Of a stretch of 64,000 bases of DNA, positions 57,152 to 64,000 are shown piece by piece. Below the pieces are notes generated by a model. That model made no database searches, was not told where the DNA came from, and was given only the letters and a program-made list of their open reading frames with translations. The first letter of the stretch is position 1. Each line of letters opens with the position of its first letter. Where the stretch lies: positions 608,001 to 672,000 of the forward strand of contig CAWGED010000005.1 in NCBI GenBank assembly GCA_963821525.1, read 5' to 3'. A program made the translations under genes and the position numbers. The stretch comes from an uncultured Gemmatimonadales bacterium (lineage in GTDB: Bacteria; Gemmatimonadota; Gemmatimonadetes; Gemmatimonadales; GWC2-71-9).

Positions 57152-58396
57152 TCATTCGGCGCGGAGGGCGGTGATCGGATCGAGCCGGGCCGCTCGCGTG
57201 GCGGGATACACCCCGAAGATGATGCCGGTCCCGGTGCCCAGCAGGAGAGCGACACCAATTGACCACATCGTCACCCGGGCGGGGAGCGGCGTGAAGGCTG
57301 AGACTGCGAGCGAGAGGAGGTACCCGCCCAGCACTCCCTGGATGCCGCCGAGGGTGGAAAGCACCATCGCCTCGATGAGAAACTGGCGGCGGATGTCCGC
57401 CCGAGTGGCGCCGAGCGACTTCCGGATGCCGATCTCCCGAGTGCGCTCGTTCACCGTCATGAGCATGATGTTCATGATGACAATACCGCCCACTACGATC
57501 CCGATGCAGACCACCGCGGGGACTACGGTAAAAAGCACCTGGGTAAGGCTACGCCAGAACGCGACCAGCGCGTCTGCTTTGTCAACCGTGAAATCGTTGG
57601 GCTCATTGGGACGCAGCTTATGAGCGACGCGCATCGCCTCCTCGGCCCGCTCCATGGCGGAGGGGAGGAGATCGGAGCTGGCCATCTTGACCGAGACGGT
57701 AGTGGTCTTGCGTCGGCCGTAGATCGCCTCGAAGGTCGAAATGGGCACCAGGGCGAAGCCGTCGAAGGACTGGCCGAGGACCCGGCCCTTTTTCGCGGTG
57801 ACTGCCTTGACCGTCATTTCGCGCCCAGCCAGGCGGATCCTCCGGCCGATGGCCTGGTCTGCTCCCCCGAACAACTTGTCCGCCACGTCGTATCCCAAGA
57901 CCACCACATAGCGCCGCTCCCGGACGTCGGGATCGGCGAGTGGCTCCCCCGCCACGAAGCGATAGTCCTGCACCACCTGGTAGGGGGGAGTGACTCCGAA
58001 GATCAGCACATCGCCGACCGTGCGGTTCCGGTAGGTCACGTCGGTCGTCGGAGTAGGCCATCCGGACTGGAGGGAGACGGCCTGGGCGTCCGGGATGGCG
58101 CGATGAACGACGGCTGCGTCTTCCCGGGAGAGCCGTGGGCGCTTCGCGATCTCTCGCAATTCGTCATCGCTCAGGAGACCGACGGCGATCGGGGTGCGGC
58201 GGACCTGAAACGCGTTGGTCCCGATGACGGCCCCGGTGATGTTCTCCTTCACGTACGCGTTCATGCCCTGGATCACCGCGACCACGGTGACCAGGAACCC
58301 GACTGACACGATGATGCCCAGGAGGGTGAAGAAGGAACGAAGCTTGGCGCCGAGAATGGACTGCACCGCCAGCTTAAAGGCTTCGTAGAAAGGCAT
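57152..58396 (-). CDS. MacB/FtsX-family ABC permease
   Basis: KLRSFFTLLGII, VGGIVIMNIMLMTVNERTREIGIRKSLGA, DPITALRAE. Confidence 0.93.
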   Translation of the reverse strand: MPFYEAFKLAVQSILGAKLRSFFTLLGIIVSVGFLVTVVAVIQGMNAYVKENITGAVIGTNAFQVRRTPIAVGLLSDDELREIAKRPRLSREDAAVVHRAIPDAQAVSLQSGWPTPTTDVTYRNRTVGDVLIFGVTPPYQVVQDYRFVAGEPLADPDVRERRYVVVLGYDVADKLFGGADQAIGRRIRLAGREMTVKAVTAKKGRVLGQSFDGFALVPISTFEAIYGRRKTTTVSVKMASSDLLPSAMERAEEAMRVAHKLRPNEPNDFTVDKADALVAFWRSLTQVLFTVVPAVVCIGIVVGGIVIMNIMLMTVNERTREIGIRKSLGATRADIRRQFLIEAMVLSTLGGIQGVLGGYLLSLAVSAFTPLPARVTMWSIGVALLLGTGTGIIFGVYPATRAARLDPITALRAE

Positions 58397-58411
58397 GCTG
58401 GAAAATACCAA

Positions 58412-58556
58412 GGGAGACGGAAGACGGGAGACGGGAAAAGTATGAGAACATGAAGCGAAAATGAAGAAGTGAGAAGTGCGCTCAACGACGCCCCTCTCAC
58501 CTCTCACTTCTTACATCTCACGTGTTTTCTCTTCCCGTCTTCCGTCTCCCGTCTCC
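58412..58556. repeat. Nested double heptamer hairpin (outer GGGAGAC/GTCTCCC, inner GTGAGAA/CTCTCAC)
   Basis: Outer arms at 58412-58440 and 58530-58556; inner arms at ~58462-58480 and 58494-58521. Confidence 0.88.
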
Positions 58557-58557
58557 G

Positions 58558-59799
58558 CTACTCGTACCTCAAGGCCTCCACTGGATCGAGCTTACTGGCT
58601 TTGTTGGCGGGATAGAGTCCGAAAATGATCCCGGTAAGAATGGACATCAGCACCGCGGCGACGACAGACAGCAGCGGTACGACGGCGGGAATCGAAGTGA
58701 AGGAGCGAATCCCCCAGGCGATGAGGCCACCCAGCGTCATCCCGACGATGCAGCCGACCAGGGTGAGGGTCGCCGCCTCCACAAGGAACTGGAACATGAT
58801 TTCCCGCCGGGTGGCACCAAGCGCCTTGCGCACGCCGATTTCCCGGGTGCGCTCGGTGACCGAAATCATCATGATGGCGACGACCCCGACCCCGCCCACC
58901 ATGAGCCCGACGCCCGACAGCGCGAGCATCACCAGGAAGAAGCCGCTGGTGATCTTGTTCCAGGTATCGAGGATCTTGTCCTGGCTCACCAGGGCAAAAT
59001 TGTTTTCCTGCGCCGGCTTGAGACTCCGCGACGCCCGGATCGCGGCGGTGACCTCGTCCATCGACTGATCCACCGAGGCCCAGGGCTGGGGGCTCACGGC
59101 GATCTCCATCCACCCCTTCCAGTAATCGCAGACCTTGGTGAAGGTCGAATGGGGAATGGTGACGGAGGGAGAGTCGTTGTCGCCGAAGAGGCTCTGCGGC
59201 TCGGTGTACAACCCCACCACTTCGAACGGCTCTCCCGAGATCTTGATCCGCTTCCCGATCGGGTCGCGGCCGGGGAAGAGCTGCTCCGCGAGCTTGTTGT
59301 TGATCACCGCCACCCGTGCGCTCGCCGCTTCTTCGAGATCGGTGTAGTTACGGCCCTGCGTGATGGTTCCTCCTACCGAACGGACCCAGCTCGGGCTGAA
59401 TCCGGTGGTCTGCACACTGCTCAGGTTCACGTCGCCGTAGGAGACGGGTCCGCTGGTCCCCTCTCTCCACGTGACTTCCCGCACGGTGCGCAACTTCTGC
59501 AGCATCTTGGCTTCATCGACCGTCAGCCAGGGATTCCGCCGCCAGGGGGACAATTCATCGGAGCCGTCGCTTATGGTGAGGCCACCCTGGAAAAACCGCT
59601 CCACGAAGAAGGTCTTGGGGCCCAGGGTCTCAAGCATCGTCGAGACGCTGCGGTTGATCCCGGTGATGGCGGAAGCCATTGCGATGACCACCATGACGCC
59701 AATGGCCACACCCAGAATCGTCAGCGCGGCGCGCACCTTGTTGGCCCGAAGCGAATCGAGCGCAATGACCACGCCCTCGAAAATCCGGCCGATGTTCAC
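58558..59799 (-). CDS. MacB/FtsX-family ABC permease
   Basis: NKVRAALTILGVAIGV, VGGVGVVAIMMISVTERTREIGVRKALGA, DPVEALRYE. Confidence 0.93.
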   Translation of the reverse strand: MNIGRIFEGVVIALDSLRANKVRAALTILGVAIGVMVVIAMASAITGINRSVSTMLETLGPKTFFVERFFQGGLTISDGSDELSPWRRNPWLTVDEAKMLQKLRTVREVTWREGTSGPVSYGDVNLSSVQTTGFSPSWVRSVGGTITQGRNYTDLEEAASARVAVINNKLAEQLFPGRDPIGKRIKISGEPFEVVGLYTEPQSLFGDNDSPSVTIPHSTFTKVCDYWKGWMEIAVSPQPWASVDQSMDEVTAAIRASRSLKPAQENNFALVSQDKILDTWNKITSGFFLVMLALSGVGLMVGGVGVVAIMMISVTERTREIGVRKALGATRREIMFQFLVEAATLTLVGCIVGMTLGGLIAWGIRSFTSIPAVVPLLSVVAAVLMSILTGIIFGLYPANKASKLDPVEALRYE

Positions 59800-59809
59800 A
59801 GGATCTCCA

Positions 59810-61051
59810 CTATTCGGCGCGGAGCGCGACAATGGGGTCGAGCCGGGACGCCCGGCTCGCGGGGTACACCCCGGCGAGAATCCCCACCGTCATGCCGAGA
59901 ATAACGCCGACCGCGATCGACCAGGGGGCCACCGCGGCTGGCAAGGGGGTAAGTCCCCGGACCAGGAACGCCAGTCCGATCCCGGTCCCGACTCCCAAGG
60001 CTGCCCCCACCGTCGCCAGCGTGGCGCTTTCCACGACGAACTGGGCCAGGATGTCCCGCCGCTTGGCGCCGAGGGCCTTCCGGATCCCGATCTCGCGAGT
60101 GCGTTCGGCCACCGCCATCAGCATGATATTCATGATTACGATTCCACCGACCACGAGCGAGATGGCAACCAGCATCGGCAGGGCGGTGATCAGGACTTTG
60201 GAAATGCTCCTCCACCCCTCCAGTGCACCCTCTGCATTCTGTAGAGCGAAGTTGTTCTGCTGGCCGGGGCGGAGGTGGCGCTTGTTGCGCATCAGCGACT
60301 CGGTCTCCCCCATCGCCACCAGCATCGTGGTGGAGTTTGACGTCTTGATCTGGAGCTCATCCAGAACGTTCATCGGGCAGATGTAGCGCCGAGCCGGTGC
60401 CTTGAACGGCATCACCGCGAACTTGTCCAGCGAGAGCCCGAACAGCGTGCCGCGCTTGGCCGCCACACCGATCACTCGGTAGGGCAGCCCCGCGATCTTC
60501 ACCTCCTTGTCCAGCGGATCCAATCCTTCGAAGAGCTTTTCCGCCAGCAGGTCGCCGATTACGAGGACCGGCGCCCCCACGCGGACTTCCTGCGGGGTGA
60601 AGATGCGGCCGGAGGCGAGTCCGATGTTCTTGATGTCGAAATAGGTGGGCTCGGTCCCCATCAGCTCGATGTCCTTCGCCTGCTTGGTGCCGTAGGTGAT
60701 CAGCATCCGGTCGGAGCAGAAGCGGGCGAAGGTAGCGGGGGTCTTCAAACGCTCGGCGACGTAGTCCGCGTCGTCATAGGTGATCCGGGGCCGGCGCTGC
60801 CATTCCCGCCACTCGTCGTCGGTGACGTTGCCGGTGTTGATGCCCGGTGAGCGGCGCAGAGTGAAGGTGTTCAGGCCGATCAGCTGGTTGGCGAACTGAT
60901 CCTCCATGTACACGTTCATGCCCTGCACGATCGAAACGACCGCGATCAGGAAGGTGACGCCGATCAGGACCCCGATCAGCGAGAAGAAGCTCTTGAGCTT
61001 CTGGGCGACGATGGTGCGGAGCGCCATCCGCACCGCCTCGAACAACGGCAT
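59810..61051 (-). CDS. MacB/FtsX-family ABC permease
   Basis: KLKSFFSLIGVLIGV, VGGIVIMNIMLMAVAERTREIGIRKALGA, DPIVALRAE. Confidence 0.93.
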   Translation of the reverse strand: MPLFEAVRMALRTIVAQKLKSFFSLIGVLIGVTFLIAVVSIVQGMNVYMEDQFANQLIGLNTFTLRRSPGINTGNVTDDEWREWQRRPRITYDDADYVAERLKTPATFARFCSDRMLITYGTKQAKDIELMGTEPTYFDIKNIGLASGRIFTPQEVRVGAPVLVIGDLLAEKLFEGLDPLDKEVKIAGLPYRVIGVAAKRGTLFGLSLDKFAVMPFKAPARRYICPMNVLDELQIKTSNSTTMLVAMGETESLMRNKRHLRPGQQNNFALQNAEGALEGWRSISKVLITALPMLVAISLVVGGIVIMNIMLMAVAERTREIGIRKALGAKRRDILAQFVVESATLATVGAALGVGTGIGLAFLVRGLTPLPAAVAPWSIAVGVILGMTVGILAGVYPASRASRLDPIVALRAE

Positions 61052-61754
61052 CTAGGCTGCGGCTTTCGTGTTCCTGGTATCGGTGTCGAGGCGCCCGTCG
61101 CGCAACACGATCACCCGTTCGGCGTACTGGGCGATCGAAGGCTCATGGGTCACGACGACAATGGTCTGTCCCTGGCTGTGCAGCTCACCGAAGACCGCCA
61201 TGATCTCCTCGCTCGTGGTGCTGTCGAGGTTCCCGGTGGGCTCGTCCGCGAGGAGCAGGGAAGGGCTGTTGACCAAGGCCCGGGCGATTGCCACCCGCTG
61301 CCGCTGGCCGCCGGACAGCTCATTGGGACGATGTCCCATACGGTCGCCCAGGCCGACGCGTTCCAAGCGCCTGGCGAGCCCGCCGCCGGCGCTCTCCCGC
61401 GGATACCCCTGCATACACCAGAGGCAACTCGACGTTGTGCAGGGCGGTGGCCCGGGGGAGCAGATTGAACGTTTGAAACACGAACCCGATCTCCCGGTTT
61501 CGGACCCGGGCCAGGGCATCGTCCGACATGCGGGATACCTCCTGGCCGTTGAGCCAGTAGGCGCCGCCATTCGGGGTGTCGAGACAGCCAATCAGGTTCA
61601 TGAAAGTGGATTTACCGGAACCCGAGGGTCCCATGATGGCGACGTACTCGTTGCGGCGGATTCCCAGGGTCAGACCCCGGAGTGCCAGGACCTTCTCCGC
61701 GCCCATATCGTACTCGCGGACGAGGTCCTCAACCTGGATCACGAGGTCGCTCAT
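61052..61754 (-). CDS. ABC transporter ATP-binding protein, LolD/MacB-like (frameshift near 61375)
   Basis: [39 protein letters not shown]. Confidence 0.93.
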
Positions 61755-63034
61755 GACTTCTTCTCTTCCTTCTTCCCGGAATCGCTGACGGCCTTCTTGA
61801 CCTTGGTGCCGTCCTTGAGGTCCCGGATGGCCTGGTAGCTGCCGGAGACAATGGTCTCACCCGACTTCACCCCTTCGAGGACCTCGAAGTATTCCTCTCC
61901 CGCGATCCCGACCTTTACCGGCCGGAAGGTGGCGACGCCATTGTTCACCACGAACACGCCCTCGGTCTCCTTCTTCTTCCCGACGGTGGGCTTGATCGTC
62001 GTGTCGCGCGGAGCCGACTCGTTGGGTACCGGCTCGTTCTCTCGCACCGTCAGGGCGATGATGGGCACGCTCAGGACACCTTTGCGAACGTCGGTGATCA
62101 CCCGCGCGGTGGTGCTCAGGTCGGGCCGGATGTCTCCCGGCGGCTTGCTCAGGGTGACCTCGACATCGAAATCCACCGCCCGGTCGTTGGAACCCGAGGC
62201 GGTCTGCGTCGAGGTCAGCTTGGCGCTGTTGCTGATCTTGGTCACCCGGCCCAGGAACGTGGTGTCGGGGAAGGCATCGATGCTCACTTCCACCGAGTCT
62301 CCCTCCTGGAGACGGACCACGTCGGTTTCGTCCACCTGGACCTTGGCCAAAATGACCGACATGTCCGCGATGGTCATGAGCAGGCCCACGTCACGCGAAA
62401 ACGTGCCCGGAACCGCTACTTCACCTTCTTCGACCGCGAGCCGGGTTACCCGGCCCGAGATTGGAGCCACCAGCCTCGTCTTGCGCAGGTTGTCCTGGGC
62501 CTCCTGCATGCCGGCCTTGGCTTGATCCACCTGGGCCTGGCTGGACTTGAGGTTCGCCTCGGCCACATCGCGTGCGGTCTCCGCCTGCTCCACGGCTTCT
62601 TCGGAGATCAGGCTGGTGTTGGATGCCTGAAGGTCCTTGGCTCGTTTGAGGGCCCGCTCTGCCTGATCAAGGTTGGCGCGGCTTCTGATCAGGTCGCTCT
62701 GAGCGGAAGCGAGCAACGCCTCGGACCGGGAGACGGCGGCCTGGTAGAGCGCGGCGTCGATCTGGAGCAGGAACTGCCCCTTCTTCACCATGTCGCCCTC
62801 TTTCACGGCGATCTCGGTGATCCGCCCCTGGATGTCACTCAGGATGTCGACCTTGGTCTCCGGCTCGATCGTCCCGCTGGCAGTGACGGTCGAGACCAGG
62901 TCCCGCGTCCCCACCTCTTCCATCCGGACCTCGACCGCCTTCTTGTTCTTCTTCGCGGCGGTGAGGGCGACGACGCTGCCGATGCTCACCAGCAACACCA
63001 TCAGGACGAGACTGAGCTTCATGCGACGCGACAT
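61751..63034 (-). CDS. MacA/HlyD-family periplasmic adaptor subunit
   Basis: N-terminal TM, lipoyl halves ([25 protein letters not shown]), coiled-coil hairpin. Confidence 0.92.
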   Translation of the reverse strand: MSRRMKLSLVLMVLLVSIGSVVALTAAKKNKKAVEVRMEEVGTRDLVSTVTASGTIEPETKVDILSDIQGRITEIAVKEGDMVKKGQFLLQIDAALYQAAVSRSEALLASAQSDLIRSRANLDQAERALKRAKDLQASNTSLISEEAVEQAETARDVAEANLKSSQAQVDQAKAGMQEAQDNLRKTRLVAPISGRVTRLAVEEGEVAVPGTFSRDVGLLMTIADMSVILAKVQVDETDVVRLQEGDSVEVSIDAFPDTTFLGRVTKISNSAKLTSTQTASGSNDRAVDFDVEVTLSKPPGDIRPDLSTTARVITDVRKGVLSVPIIALTVRENEPVPNESAPRDTTIKPTVGKKKETEGVFVVNNGVATFRPVKVGIAGEEYFEVLEGVKSGETIVSGSYQAIRDLKDGTKVKKAVSDSGKKEEKKS

Positions 63035-63051
63035 TTCACACCCTCGTTTGG

Positions 63052-63999
63052 TTAGCGGAGCGGGCGACCAACTGCGGCCTCAAGGATCGCCACGGCCCGG
63101 TGATACGCATACGTAGCGGCGATGTAATCGCCTTCTGCCCGCTGCACCGCATTCTGTGCATCGGTTACCTCGAGTGAGCTGCCACTGCCCAGGCGGTAGC
63201 GATCCTGTGCCAGCCGGAGCTGGTCGCGGGCCGCGTCCCGGCTCTGCGCCTGCACTCCGATGGCCTTGTAGGAGGCGTTCAAGGCGAGGTAGCGAGTGTT
63301 CACCTCGGTCCGGATCCTGAGTGCCGCGGCCCGGACGTTTTCATCCGCGTCGTCCTCGAACTCCTGCGCCTGCGAGACCTGCAGAGAACGGCCAAATCCG
63401 GTGAAGATCGGCAAAGAGACGCCGACCGTCAGGTTGAACGGATTCTTGATGAAGTGCCAGGGAAAGGTCCCATTCGCGTCTTTGATTCGGCTTTGAGCAG
63501 TCGGAGTCAGTGCGGTTCCCGTCGAATTGAGACCGGCGCGCTGGAAGCAGGCCGCGGATCCGATCACCCCCGGGAAAGCCAGTGCGGAGCGTACCGAGTC
63601 CTCGAACACGCAGCCCTGGGCCTGGCCCTGTGCGCCGAGCGTCGCCTGTTGCAGCAACAAGCCCTCATCGGTTTGCTGGTTGGTGAATCCTCCCCAAACG
63701 GCGGATGCGAATACCGTCGGGAAGAACTGCGACCTGGCTATGCCAACTCCCTTCGACGCGGCGTCACGCCGGTAGCGCAACGCGCGGAGCGCTGGGTTTT
63801 CTTCCTCCGCCATTTTCAACAGATCATCCAGCTGGAACACTGGCTCCGTTACCGGGAAGGAGTCGGAGAGCGCAATGAGCTGGACGTCCACCGGAGGGAC
63901 CACGCCCATCTGACGGAAGAGCTCCAGCTTGGCCTCGTTCTCCGCTTGCTGGTCACGCAGCAGCTGGACATCGGCGGTCCCTTTTTGCACCTCGGCCTG
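63052..63999 (-). CDS. TolC-family outer membrane efflux protein (5'-truncated by window edge)
   Basis: ENPAL, SQFFPTV, VSLPIFTG, DRYRLGSGSSLEVTDAQ, LEAAVG. Confidence 0.88.
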   Translation of the reverse strand, partial: QAEVQKGTADVQLLRDQQAENEAKLELFRQMGVVPPVDVQLIALSDSFPVTEPVFQLDDLLKMAEEENPALRALRYRRDAASKGVGIARSQFFPTVFASAVWGGFTNQQTDEGLLLQQATLGAQGQAQGCVFEDSVRSALAFPGVIGSAACFQRAGLNSTGTALTPTAQSRIKDANGTFPWHFIKNPFNLTVGVSLPIFTGFGRSLQVSQAQEFEDDADENVRAAALRIRTEVNTRYLALNASYKAIGVQAQSRDAARDQLRLAQDRYRLGSGSSLEVTDAQNAVQRAEGDYIAATYAYHRAVAILEAAVGRPLR

Positions 64000-64000
64000 C

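Overview
High-GC bacterial chromosomal DNA. Gene content and order (ffs-dnaX-ybaB-recR-mglBA-pgsA-cinA, bshB1-iscS-mnmA, four tandem MacB-type permeases) suggest Gemmatimonadota, which is an inference. About 15 otherwise intact genes carry 1-nt indels, clustered at 34.4-38.2 kb and 48.9-51.1 kb, most likely long-read or assembly errors. Bases 1-14.2 kb look accessory: GT2/deacetylase genes, a homocysteine S-methyltransferase, and a giant poly-HAMP hybrid kinase with a partner kinase. The rest is mostly core genes. The strongest unexplained signal is a family of at least 13 intergenic hairpins whose arms are degenerate 7- or 8-nt tandem repeats. The repeat unit differs from locus to locus, and the hairpins usually start at a stop codon and end just before the next start codon. 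Several are nested or enclose other elements (a REP/MITE-like palindrome, the SRP RNA gene). One matched pair brackets an orphan lipoprotein gene in inverted orientation, and a 9/18-nt in-frame variant lies inside dnaX. Also notable are an AT-rich DnaA-box cluster (oriC/datA-like) with no dnaA in the window, an SRP RNA with a non-GNRA apical loop, and an MglA with a ~30-aa insertion.
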